Shown piece after piece: positions 23,700 to 32,900 of a DNA stretch of 55,208 nucleotides. The DNA is from a virus: the IMG/VR virus record IMGVR_UViG_3300012944_000007; one strand, given 5' to 3'. Position numbers and translations under genes: made by a program. The stretch's first letter is position 1. Every line of letters begins with the position of its first letter. The notes under the pieces are model-generated. The model saw nothing but the letters and a program-made list of their open reading frames with translations. It ran no database searches and was not told where the DNA came from.

Positions 23700-23919
23700 C
23701 CGCTTCCTCGTCCAGAATCGTGGCGATGTGCTGGATGGTTGCCCACTTCCCCTTGGGAAACCACTCGGGCCTGTCTTCCGCCGCGCATAGCTGAAACCAG
23801 ATCCAGGCCCGCTCCTGCGGCACACTGCTGATGGCGTCGAAGAGCAAATCATCGTGCTGGAACGCGGCCCACTTGCGCAGGCCGTCCTGCGCCTCCGGAC
23901 TGAGTTGCTCGATCTTCAC
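23671..23919 (-). CDS. Hypothetical protein (82 aa)
   Basis: ATG at 23919 forms ATGA with the exonuclease stop. Confidence 0.55.
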   Translation of the reverse strand: MKIEQLSPEAQDGLRKWAAFQHDDLLFDAISSVPQERAWIWFQLCAAEDRPEWFPKGKWATIQHIATILDEEADATRIRPSM

Positions 23920-24899
23920 CCCGTCACTCCCACAGCGTCGGAGATATCATGCGTGTCGCAGACGAAATGAATCCGCCGCACCCCGGCTTTGGTATTCGTG
24001 TACTCGACGCGCATCGCCTCGCGTTCCTGCTCTTCCCGAATGCGGGTATTTAGCAGGTATGTGCCCAGCGCTTTCCAGTTGATCTTTTCCTGGTCCTTGG
24101 TGCGCCGCCATGTGAACTTACCGCCCGGCCATTGCAGGCCCTCGCGGTCGCCAATCGCCAGTTTGATCTGATTCTCCATCTCCCCGCGGCGTTCGGTGGC
24201 TTCTTGCTGGTCGATCCGAGCCAGCGCGTACTCCTCCAGGTAGGCGATCTCAGCATCGGTCGCGTCGCGCATGTCCGGCCGATGGTCGTGCGGAAACGCC
24301 TGCTGGAGCCAGGCCGACGACGTTTCACTGCCAGAGATCGGCGGGACCTCGTCGCCCACCACATAGCGGCGGTGCCATTCCTCGCACTTGGCAATCACCA
24401 CCCGCTCGGCTTCGCGGTCGCGCTCGATCTCGTAGATGCGCGGCTCATCCTCGCCCACCCAGGCCGCCACGTCCCAGACGTCGCATTCGAGGACCGCCAT
24501 GAACCACCACATCTGCATCTGGATGCCTTCGGGGATGTCGTTGGAGTTCGCGCCCCACTTACGCCGCTGGTCCCAGAAGACCAGCTTGGCGTCCACCCCG
24601 CGCTCCAGCGGATCGCTGGTTACCAGCGCGTCGGGGCTGGCCGCCATCCACGGCCGCTCGGGATGCCGCATGGTCTTGTCGAACCACTCCACCGGCCTGC
24701 CGGTGATCCGGCTGTAGGCCTGCAAGATGCCCTGCTCCAGGTCCTTGCCCAGGAGCATCCGCGGAGTTGGGTTCCACCGCGGCGCGTGTCCGTGCTTCAC
24801 GGCCCACACGTCGAAGGCTCCCCGGTAGGCGTCCACCCCGAAGATCGGCCCCACATCCGTCGAGGTGATGCACGCGTTCCTGAGTTGGTGGTCGATCAT
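23916..24899 (-). CDS. YqaJ-type viral recombinase exonuclease (PD-(D/E)xK, lambda Exo/RecE-like role)
   Basis: ...ITSTDVGPIFGVDAYRGAFDVWAVK...LLGKDLEQGILQAYS...MAASPDALV... fits the YqaJ pattern. Confidence 0.7.
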   Translation of the reverse strand: MIDHQLRNACITSTDVGPIFGVDAYRGAFDVWAVKHGHAPRWNPTPRMLLGKDLEQGILQAYSRITGRPVEWFDKTMRHPERPWMAASPDALVTSDPLERGVDAKLVFWDQRRKWGANSNDIPEGIQMQMWWFMAVLECDVWDVAAWVGEDEPRIYEIERDREAERVVIAKCEEWHRRYVVGDEVPPISGSETSSAWLQQAFPHDHRPDMRDATDAEIAYLEEYALARIDQQEATERRGEMENQIKLAIGDREGLQWPGGKFTWRRTKDQEKINWKALGTYLLNTRIREEQEREAMRVEYTNTKAGVRRIHFVCDTHDISDAVGVTG

Positions 24900-24903
24900 G
24901 GCA

Positions 24904-25458
24904 TTACTCCGCGCCCATGACGGCGCGCTCTACCGGCGTCAAATCCCACGCTGCCACCACCACCCAAAGGTCGTTGCCGCAGCGCCGCAACAACATCGGG
25001 TCGGGCGGCACCCCCACCCAGTCCGCTTCAAACAGAAGGTGGTACCGGTCCAGGCTCACGCGCGGCCGGAGATGCACCGGGATCAGCGGCACACGCGCCT
25101 TGGCGCCTCCGTTGTCGATGTTCCAGATCATGCCGGGCCAGCGCACGATCACCGAGCGGCGTGGCGCGCGAGCACGCACCCATCGGTCCATCGAGAACAA
25201 CACCTGCCCGTTGCCGCGTGTCAGATAACACCACTCGGCATCCGCCCGGACGATCCCCAGACGCGGGCGGCTCAGGGCGTCGAGGCCGGCGTGACGGATG
25301 CTTTCGAGCGCCTGAATCACCTTGTGGCCGCGCGCGATCTGCCGGTAGGCACGCTCGATCTCCGCGTCCATCTTGGTGAAGCAGTCGCGGTGCTCCTTGT
25401 ACTGGCGGTACAGGGTCATCGCTTGCGAACGGTCGATTTCAATGGTTGCTGTTTGCAT
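24904..25458 (-). CDS. Hypothetical protein (184 aa)
   Basis: ATG at 25458. Clean ORF. Confidence 0.65.
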   Translation of the reverse strand: MQTATIEIDRSQAMTLYRQYKEHRDCFTKMDAEIERAYRQIARGHKVIQALESIRHAGLDALSRPRLGIVRADAEWCYLTRGNGQVLFSMDRWVRARAPRRSVIVRWPGMIWNIDNGGAKARVPLIPVHLRPRVSLDRYHLLFEADWVGVPPDPMLLRRCGNDLWVVVAAWDLTPVERAVMGAE

Positions 25459-25464
25459 GACGGT

Positions 25465-25623
25465 TCAGCCTTTCAGTTGCAGCTGTGTCAGATAGAGGCG
25501 TGCGCAGTCGGCGCACGCCCAGAGGTCGTAATCCAGCCAGCGCACGGCGGCCTGCTGGTGACAGACATCACACCCGCGCGGCAGCGCGGTCGCCAGAGGC
25601 TCTGGCCGGCTTTCCAGGTCCAT
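25465..25623 (-). CDS. Possible 52-aa zinc-ribbon ORF (MDLESRPEPLATALPRGCDVCHQQ...CADCARLYLTQLQLKG), below the ORF-track cutoff
   Basis: Hand translation. It has a CxxC...CxxC pair and fills the gap between neighbours, but overlaps 25568..25870 by 56 nt. Confidence 0.35.
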   Translation of the reverse strand: MDLESRPEPLATALPRGCDVCHQQAAVRWLDYDLWACADCARLYLTQLQLKG

Positions 25624-25870
25624 CTCCGTACCACTCCTGCAGCAGTTGCTGCTGCGGTTTCGCGTTGACGTACTGCTCCACGGCTTCCTTGTAGATCCGG
25701 CAGAGCTTGGGGTCCACGCCCTCCTGCTGGTGCCGGATATGCCGGAGTTTTCTCATCGCATCGATCAGACCAACCGGCAGCTGCATATTGGTTCTGGAAA
25801 ACCCAGCGGGCCGTAACTCTGCGGACTTCGTGATTTTGGGCACAGTTCTCTCCCGTAAGTGTTTGGGCAT
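25568..25870 (-). CDS. Putative ribbon-helix-helix (Arc/CopG-like) early regulator; alternative leaderless GTG start at 25918
   Basis: ...SRTNMQLPVGLIDAMRKLRHI... resembles an RHH beta-strand plus helix. It is the first ORF after the strong early promoter. Confidence 0.45.
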   Translation of the reverse strand: MPKHLRERTVPKITKSAELRPAGFSRTNMQLPVGLIDAMRKLRHIRHQQEGVDPKLCRIYKEAVEQYVNAKPQQQLLQEWYGDGPGKPARASGDRAAARV

Positions 25871-25923
25871 TGTTTTTTGGCTCCGCGTGCTGTCGCCCGG
25901 TCGGGGTGCGATCAACACGCAGA

Positions 25924-25952
25924 ATACTAACGCAGCACTTGCGCTGTGTCAA
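25924..25952 (-). promoter_or_regulatory. Leftward early promoter TTGACA-17-TAGTAT
   Basis: Sense reads cTTGACAcagcgcaagtgctgcgtTAGTATtctgcg. The -35 is plus 25947-25952 and the -10 is plus 25924-25929. The -35 lies inside the inverted repeat gctgtgt(25943-25949)/acacagc(25970-25976). Confidence 0.6.
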
Positions 25953-26426
25953 GCGTAAATTATAGGCAACACAGCGGTTAGCACCGCCGCGGTGCTCTCG
26001 CGCGCACGATGGCGGCACATCTGCGGTGCTCCCACAGTGCTGCTGTGGTGTCGCCACGGTGCTGCGAAAGTACGGTTGCAATATCGAGGCAGTACGGTGG
26101 CTCTAGTGGGTAGGCGGGCGGACTGCGACTCGGAACCATCGAAGTATTCCAAAGCTGTGGGGCCGCGCGGACCCGCCCGTTAACAGGTGCCGAAGAAGCT
26201 CGCCCATCCATCAAACGTTTGCTGAAAGATATGTTGTTAAGAAGTATGACCCTCTACCGCGAAATTGCAACCAAACTTTCCTAGGACTCACATCGGTACT
26301 GTGAGTAAGGGCGCACGGCCCATAGGGATAGTACAGTTGTTACACAATATGGTTGCGGCTAGTCTGATCTATCCCGTGGCATCTATCGCGTGGTAGTTTT
26401 TGTGCAGTTCCTTGCACTATGCCTAT

Positions 26427-26708
26427 ATGCCCCGGAAGCCAGCAACGGGCGATTTGCCATCGGTTCGGTTGGCCTTCGGCCGCGCCATCCGCGCGTTACG
26501 CGCCACCGCTCAGGTCGCGCAGGAGCGCCTGGCCTTCGACTCCGACGTGGACCGCGGCTACATGAGCGGGCTCGAACGCGGCCTGCACTCGCCCACGCTG
26601 GACACGGTTTTGAAGCTGCTCTGGAAGCTGGATATCAGCTTCGTGGAGTTCGCCATCGTGTTCGAACGGGAACTCAAACGCCTCAAGCGCTCCCGCCCGA
26701 AGCCTTAG
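26427..26708 (+). CDS. XRE-family HTH repressor (cI/immunity candidate)
   Basis: ...FGRAIRALRATAQVAQERLAFDSDVDRGYMSGLERGLHSPTLDTVLKLLWKL... is a classic HTH_3 pattern. It diverges from the early promoter. There is no SD before ATG 26427. Confidence 0.75.
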   Translation: MPRKPATGDLPSVRLAFGRAIRALRATAQVAQERLAFDSDVDRGYMSGLERGLHSPTLDTVLKLLWKLDISFVEFAIVFERELKRLKRSRPKP

Positions 26709-26998
26709 AGCAGTTTGTTGATGACGGTCTCGACCGACCCCTGCAAGGCCGTATCGGTGATGTTGGAGCCGTCTTGCTGCACCGCCGGGTCCATCACGGT
26801 CGGCGGCGTGATGGTCAGCGCGGTCTGGTCCGGCTGTTGGTCGCACTGCTGCGCCCAGCGATACCGCGTGTTGTGCGCCGGCACGGTCGGCGCTTCGTTG
26901 AGAATCGAGTCCGCGTATTTTAAGCAAGCCACCTTGACGCGGCCGCGGAAAGCCGCGTCCTGCATCAGGGTGTTGGATTGATCGTAAGTAAGTGCCAT
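26705..26998 (-). CDS. Hypothetical protein, last gene of the late operon
   Basis: ATG at 26998 preceded by AGGAGAG. It converges with the repressor gene with a 4-nt overlap. Confidence 0.65.
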   Translation of the reverse strand: MALTYDQSNTLMQDAAFRGRVKVACLKYADSILNEAPTVPAHNTRYRWAQQCDQQPDQTALTITPPTVMDPAVQQDGSNITDTALQGSVETVINKLL

Positions 26999-27020
26999 GT
27001 TAGTTTCTCTCCTATTCGCT

Positions 27021-29258
27021 CTAGGCCAGACCTATGGTTGCGCGGTGGCGTGTTAGATCGCTGTAAGAACACACAATGTGTAGTTGATTGGATGAGTCAC
27101 GCCAAAAGGCAATGGTGTCCGCTGCCATTGTGCCAGGATCACCCGTGGCCAGTGGACAGCCAAATATTAAATATTTACCCGTGCCGCCTACGGATGCGAT
27201 GTTGCTGTAGACCGCGCTGACATTGTTCAATGCGTGCCCCGCCGCATCCACGTCTCCTGTCCACGGTGTTTGAGCGCCGCCAATGGCCACGCCGTTGACG
27301 CGGAACGCGCCCGTGCAATTCACGTCGCCCGCGACGTCGAGCGCGTAAGCTGGGTTGATTTTGAGCATGCCAATGTTGCCGCCGAATGGATTTAGCAGCA
27401 GAGACGCCGCCGAGCTACCGCCATTCCAATTGACGGCCTGTAAGTACGGGAAAGAATTGCCGCTCTCGGCCCCGATGGCGAGTGTATAACCGGAACTGCT
27501 ATTAGCCCGGAAAGAAGCCAGCGCTTTTGTGTTGCTTGTGGCAAGATTCGAGGCCACCTGCGCTGCTATGCCAGTTACCACAAGTCTGGCCATTGCGGCC
27601 TCAAGCGTCGGAGTCGTCGTGCCGATGCCAGCATAACCGCCCGCCGTGATAACCATCTTGGCGTTGCTGATTTGTCCGGGTGCGGTAGTTGAGCCACCGC
27701 CGTCCCCGGAAACTCCGAAGGCGAGCAAATCCGTAGCCGCTGCGGAATTGTAATAGTGGAAAAGGGCGCTTGCCCGCACGTTTGAGGCATCAGGCCAAAA
27801 CCGGGACATTGTGATCACGCCTTGAGGCGTATCTACAGCGCCATTTCCCGCGAGATGGAGCAGGGAACCTGGAGTTGTGATATTGATGCCGACATTCCCC
27901 GTCGCCGTGATGCGCAGGCGCTCGGTCCCTGTCCAGAATGAAATACCTCCGGTGTTATTACTCAGCGCCAGATGATTCGGGACACTCGCCGCGCTCCCGC
28001 TCAACATGAAAGTGGCTTGGGCAACGTTGGCGTTGAGAGTGAAGCCTGCCTGCCCGGTGCTCAGCGTTTCTGTAATAACCACTGACGTAAGACCACTGCT
28101 TCCTGCAACCCCAAAGCCGACAGTGGGCGATGGCTGCAAAGAGGCTGCACCAATAGCGAGGTAGCGTAAGTTCCACAACCCAAAATTCGCCGCATTGATA
28201 TCGCTTGTCCACGGCGTTTGCCCGCCGCCGCCCACCGCCCACTTGACGCCGAGCGCCGCCGACGAATCCGCCGTGAGCACCTGCCCGTTGCTGCCGACCG
28301 CGAACCGCACCGGCGCAGCGGAGCCGCGCACAATCAGGTCCCCGAGCGTTGTGGTCGGGTCGACCATCCCGCCCGAGCCGCCGCCCGCCGCCGCGATGGT
28401 GAGGTTGACGCGGTTGTTGGCCGAGTCATCCGCCATCGTCAGCACCACGTTCGCGCCAGTGATGACGTTGAAGCCGGGACGTGTCCCAACCAGCGTGCCG
28501 TCCTTCGAGTAGGATGCCGTGGTCGCCGCCGCTGCCCACTTCACGCCGAACGTCTGCGTGGAATCGGCCTGAAGCACCTGCCCGTTGGTGCCGACGCCGA
28601 GCCGCCCGACCGCCGCCGCCCCGCGCACGATCAGATCTCCGAGCGTCGTAGTGGGATCGGTGGTGGCCCACTTCATGCCGAGAGTCTGTGCAGAGTCCGC
28701 TACGAGCGCCTGCCCATTGGTGCCGACCGCCAACCGCCCTAGCACCGCCGCGCCCCGCGCGATCAGGTCGCCCTTGGTGGTGGTTGGATCGGAGGCCACT
28801 CCGGCGATGGTGATGTTCGAGAGCGTCTGCCCGCCGCCGTCAATCGCGCCGGTCCACTTCTGAGCGCCCATCGTAATCAGCCCGGTCGAGCGGGCGATCT
28901 GGAAGGGAGTGCCCAGCAGAGCGCCGGCATCGTCGTAGCGGACGATGGCATAGTCGGAACCGGCGTTTGCCCCGCTCTCGGCGGTGGCGGTTTTGCCCGC
29001 TGTCCATCGCGCGATCTGGTTGGCCCCGACGGTCTGATCCATCTGCACGACGCCCTGGCCATCCGCGCCCGGGGTGACCTGGAGCGGCGAAGCGTAGAAC
29101 TGAAAGCCGCCTGTGCCGTCGAGGATGACGTTGCTCAGCCGGTTGCCGCCGCCGTTCACGTTGCCGCCCCAGTTGCGGTCATCGTTGGCCAAACTATTGA
29201 ACATATCGTTCCGAACCTTGTCAGTCGGAACGTAGGTATTGAGCGACAGCCACGGCAT
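27021..29258 (-). CDS. Tail fibre protein with three DPTTT(K/L)GDLI.RG...VG.NGQ.L.ADS...G.KWA repeats
   Basis: AAGGAG SD. The protein is Gly/Ala/Thr-rich and fibre-like. The internal repeats lie at aa 157-198, 201-242 and 300-341. Confidence 0.75.
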   Translation of the reverse strand: MPWLSLNTYVPTDKVRNDMFNSLANDDRNWGGNVNGGGNRLSNVILDGTGGFQFYASPLQVTPGADGQGVVQMDQTVGANQIARWTAGKTATAESGANAGSDYAIVRYDDAGALLGTPFQIARSTGLITMGAQKWTGAIDGGGQTLSNITIAGVASDPTTTKGDLIARGAAVLGRLAVGTNGQALVADSAQTLGMKWATTDPTTTLGDLIVRGAAAVGRLGVGTNGQVLQADSTQTFGVKWAAAATTASYSKDGTLVGTRPGFNVITGANVVLTMADDSANNRVNLTIAAAGGGSGGMVDPTTTLGDLIVRGSAAPVRFAVGSNGQVLTADSSAALGVKWAVGGGGQTPWTSDINAANFGLWNLRYLAIGAASLQPSPTVGFGVAGSSGLTSVVITETLSTGQAGFTLNANVAQATFMLSGSAASVPNHLALSNNTGGISFWTGTERLRITATGNVGINITTPGSLLHLAGNGAVDTPQGVITMSRFWPDASNVRASALFHYYNSAAATDLLAFGVSGDGGGSTTAPGQISNAKMVITAGGYAGIGTTTPTLEAAMARLVVTGIAAQVASNLATSNTKALASFRANSSSGYTLAIGAESGNSFPYLQAVNWNGGSSAASLLLNPFGGNIGMLKINPAYALDVAGDVNCTGAFRVNGVAIGGAQTPWTGDVDAAGHALNNVSAVYSNIASVGGTGKYLIFGCPLATGDPGTMAADTIAFWRDSSNQLHIVCSYSDLTRHRATIGLA

Positions 29259-29264
29259 GGTGAT

Positions 29265-29534
29265 CTACTCCTTCAGCCGATATTCAACGACGATTCCGCC
29301 CACGAGTGTGATAACGCCCACCGTGCCCGTAATGCCCACGGGCTCCAGAACGCCATGCTCCAGTGCGGTCAGCAGATTCAGGACTTCTTCTGTTCCGGCC
29401 TCGCTTGCCAGTCGCGCAATCGGCGTGGCGTACCCGAGGGCGCGAACCGGCGTGCCCAGCCATTGCATTGCTTCGCGCCGGTTGCCGATGACTTCTATCG
29501 TCCGCCGGATAACATCGCTGCAATCGGAAGCCAT
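29265..29534 (-). CDS. DUF2384 (Xre/MbcA/ParS antitoxin toxin-binding domain)-like small protein with a hydrophobic C-terminus
   Basis: ...NRREAMQWLGTPVRALGYATPIARLASEAGTEEVLNLLTALEHGVL matches the A..WL..P...LGG.TP..LL.T..G...V...L..IE.G signature. AAAGGAG SD. Confidence 0.65.
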   Translation of the reverse strand: MASDCSDVIRRTIEVIGNRREAMQWLGTPVRALGYATPIARLASEAGTEEVLNLLTALEHGVLEPVGITGTVGVITLVGGIVVEYRLKE

Positions 29535-29538
29535 CGAC

Positions 29539-29931
29539 TTACTCCTTTGCGCTTATCTGATCCGGCCCATTGACGCGCGGCTTGCGGCCTTCGGCGGCAC
29601 GATGTTCGGGAACTGCCACCGGGCCACCCGCGCTATCCAGCACTGGTAGCCCCGCCGGCACCGGGTTCGGCAGCCCCATCGGCTCATCGGGCACCGTGCA
29701 GATCAGATGGCCGTTCGCAATCCTGGCGCTCTGAAACTGCCCCGCGTTGGCCCGCGCCGCCACCTGCCCCACAAAGGTCCGCTGCCGTTCCTCGACCTGC
29801 GGGATGCGGGCCTTGACCGCTTCCAGTTGCAGAGTGAGAGCGCCATAGTTGGCAAGCGTGTTCTGCAACTCCTGCTCCATGCGCGTTTGTTGCTCCGCTT
29901 CGTAATCCAGTAACCGAAAACTTCGTTCCAT
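29539..29931 (-). CDS. Coiled-coil small protein (possible fibre assembly factor)
   Basis: The internal ATG at 29931 is preceded by GGAAGAGGAG. The N-terminal heptad-like sequence is EAEQQTRMEQELQNTLANYGALTLQLEAVKARI. Confidence 0.6.
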   Translation of the reverse strand: MERSFRLLDYEAEQQTRMEQELQNTLANYGALTLQLEAVKARIPQVEERQRTFVGQVAARANAGQFQSARIANGHLICTVPDEPMGLPNPVPAGLPVLDSAGGPVAVPEHRAAEGRKPRVNGPDQISAKE

Positions 29932-29945
29932 GTTTCTCCTCTTCC

Positions 29946-32900
29946 TTAAACAATCGATGTGATGATGCCACCCGACACGGTGACCGTTTTCGCGCCAGCC
30001 ACGAAAGATCCGTTCGCCCCTCCTACTCCGTTCACATAAAAGCCTGTCCTGCACTTCACTACCGATGTGCTCTCGATTTCGCCGTTGGTGTAAACGCCGC
30101 CTGCTCCATTCCACTGCCCCCCACCCGCGTTGGTAATCAGCGGCTGGCTTCCTCCCGGCAGGTAGAAGGAAGCGCCCACCACTTGCCCGCCCGTGCGGAT
30201 GTCGCCGGTCGTGTTGACGCCGCCCGGTCCATCGAACTGCCCGCCCGCAGTGATGACCTCGGTGGAGCCCACCTTGTAAGACTGTGCGATCATGGCCGAG
30301 TTTACGGTCAGGCTGTTAACCGTCAGAGCGCCGTTGACCGTCAAGCTGGCGCAGGTCAGTCCGCTCCGGCAGAACACCGTCCCCGCCCCATCTACCGAGA
30401 AATTTAGGTTGCTCCCCGCATCCCAGAGCTTGAAAAACGAAGCGCCGCTTCCCGAGGTCCCGGAGGAAAGCTCGACGTTGATCGCGCTATTCGCCTGCGA
30501 GTACAGAGTCATTTCCGCCCAGAACTGCCCGCCGTCGCCGCCGTTGGGATCGCCGTTGTAGGTCACCAGCGCCGCCGCCCGCGCTCCGTTTGGCATGTAG
30601 CAGATCAGGCCGCGATTGATCAGGCTGATGCCGTGCGAGGTTCCATCGCGCACCAGCGTGAGGCCGGGGAATTTGGAATAGGCGCTAGTGGTTCCGTCCG
30701 TCACATAGGCGTCGTACCCGAGTTGGAAAGTGTAGGCCGCGTTCGGATGATTGCTGCCGCCCGATGGGTAGTGGTAGTTCTGCACGTAATTGATCTGGAA
30801 CATATTGATGTTCCGCAGCTGGACCAGACTGCCCTCGGTCGGATCCGTGGTGGCTGAGCGCTTGGCGAGGATGCGCCAGTCGGCGAGCGACTGACCGCCG
30901 ACGGCGAACTCGGTGAACCACGCGCCCGCAATATAGGCCGGATCGGCCGGCGTCACCAGACCGTCGCCAATCCGCGCTCCGATACGGCCCTTCTCAACGT
31001 TGGAGGCGTCCCGGATCGAGATGTACGGGTACCGTGTTGCGCCGTTGGCAATCTGCGTATCGAAGCCGCCGAAGATCGCCACACCCTGGTCGTTGATATA
31101 GATGGGCGCGGTGGTGGGGTTGCCGCCGCCGATGTAGACCTGAGCGAACCATGCGCCGTAAATGCTGTGCGGCGTGGGATTGTCGCCAGTCGACGTGCCG
31201 TCCTGCTGGCCGATCCATCCGACCAGCGTGTTCTGAAAATTAAAGACGCCGATTTGCCCATTCTGATTTCCGGCGAAGGAGGACGCCAGCGTGCCGGTGC
31301 CGCCGCCGACGCGCAGGACCTTGTCCACAAAAATCTTCTCGGCGTGAATCAGCTTGACCGAAAAATCGAAACCATCGGGCCATTGAAATTCCGAGGTATC
31401 GAACCAGTCTTTGGGCAGGCGCGATGCCAGCACGTCGCCCGCTTGCGGGGTGAAGTTGACCGTCACCTTGGGCGTGATCCCCGGCAGGATCTGGTTGCGG
31501 TTACCCTGCTGATCGCGCGACACAAACCAGAAATCCCAGGAGGTCGCAGCGGGCGCGGGCTCCCAGTCGGTGGTAAAGGAGGTCTGATTTTTGGGAGCGT
31601 CCCACCAGGTGGTTTTGCCGGTGGTCAAGGAATCGTTGGCCAGCAGCCGCGCGATGGAGACGCCGCCGAATTTGTTATCAGTCGAGTTCACCCACCCCGA
31701 GATGACGAAGCGGACCATCACTACGCCATCGGAATTGAGTTGCTGTTCCGCCACTACTGTGGCCGCGGTGGCGACCACCACGGGCGCGTACTGGCCGTTC
31801 GAAATGGAAGGCGGCCCGATGTGCCAGATTGCCGTCGGCGTAGCCGCAGAGATCGACGCAGGGTCGTCCGCGAGGCGTCCCTTGTCGTCGAGCGAGATGG
31901 CGGCGATAGTCCAGCTCTCCGCGGTGACGGGTGGCCAGTCGAGCGCTTCGAGGGTAAAGCTGGTGGCGTTGTTTCCGCCCACTCCGAAGCTGCGCGGCGG
32001 CGTGATCCCGACGCGGTAGATATGAATCCCGCTGAATCGGTTCAACGTCGCCGGGTTGGTCCAGGTGAGCTGCGCTTGCGCCAGGATGGAGCCGTCGGGC
32101 GTCGGCAGGTAAGTCGTCGGCCCAATGGCAAGGCCGGTGACCTCGGGCGAAATGGTCTGGCCTGCGGGCGGGTAAGTGACCGACACCTGCACCATCGGGG
32201 TGACGCCCTTCACGATGGTGTTGACGTGGCCCTCGGAATCGACCGAACAGAACCACACCAGGAAGGTGATGGTGGTTGCGTAGTATTCGTCCGAGATCCA
32301 GGTCTCGGGCTTGTGCGCCGTCAGGAAACGGGCCTGCGCGCGCCGGTTGTTCTGGGATGGGTACTCGTAGACCGTCTGCACCCCGGCGTAGGGCTTCAAC
32401 CCGGGCGGCAGGGGAATGGTGTCGTCCGGTTCAATGAACGAGAACACGAGGCTGTAAGTAGGGTCTTCCGGGTTATCGAAATTGTCGATTACGGTGACGA
32501 TGGGATTCGAGACCAGCCAGGCGTATTCCTGGCCGCTCACATAGTGGCCCGCCGCGGCCGGGATCGGAACCCGCACGTTCGGAGTGGCGTTGGGCTTGTT
32601 GGCCCGGATCAACGTGGAGTTGACGACGAAGTTGTAAGCCTGCAAATACACCCGGATGTAGCGATCGCTGACCTTGCCGTTTACGAACAAGTCGGCCGGA
32701 GATTCAGTGTTTTCGGTGACGTGCTGCCAAATCCACTTGCCGGCCATTTGAATCGTGCCGTCCATCGGCACCGTGCCATCCATCGGCGCGGTCGTGGTCT
32801 CGCTCATGTCGGGGTCTTCGACGTAGACCGAGACGCCCTGGAAGTTGCCGCTGCCGGCGGTCGGGTCCGGCGTCCAGGGAACGCGCACTTCGAAGCGGCC

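Noticed and set aside
25488-26081. A 197-aa minus-strand ORF spans the early promoter region.
   Set aside because: It crosses the TTGACA/TAGTAT promoter and operator repeats. It is Arg/Cys/Gly-rich and overlaps better-supported ORFs in other frames.
26100-26420. A tRNA or other canonical RNA gene in the non-coding immunity region, or elsewhere.
   Set aside because: I could find no GTTCGAATC-type T-loop with a matching 7-bp acceptor stem by eye. This needs tRNAscan or Infernal to be sure.
27021-29258. A diversity-generating retroelement targeting the fibre repeats.
   Set aside because: There is no reverse-transcriptase-like ORF and no template repeat with adenine-specific mismatches anywhere in the window.
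29265-29931. A complete RES-Xre/MbcAT-type toxin-antitoxin pair.
   Set aside because: The neighbouring ORFs are a coiled-coil protein and a fibre. No ORF with an R...E...S toxin pattern is present, so only the antitoxin-type domain is claimed.
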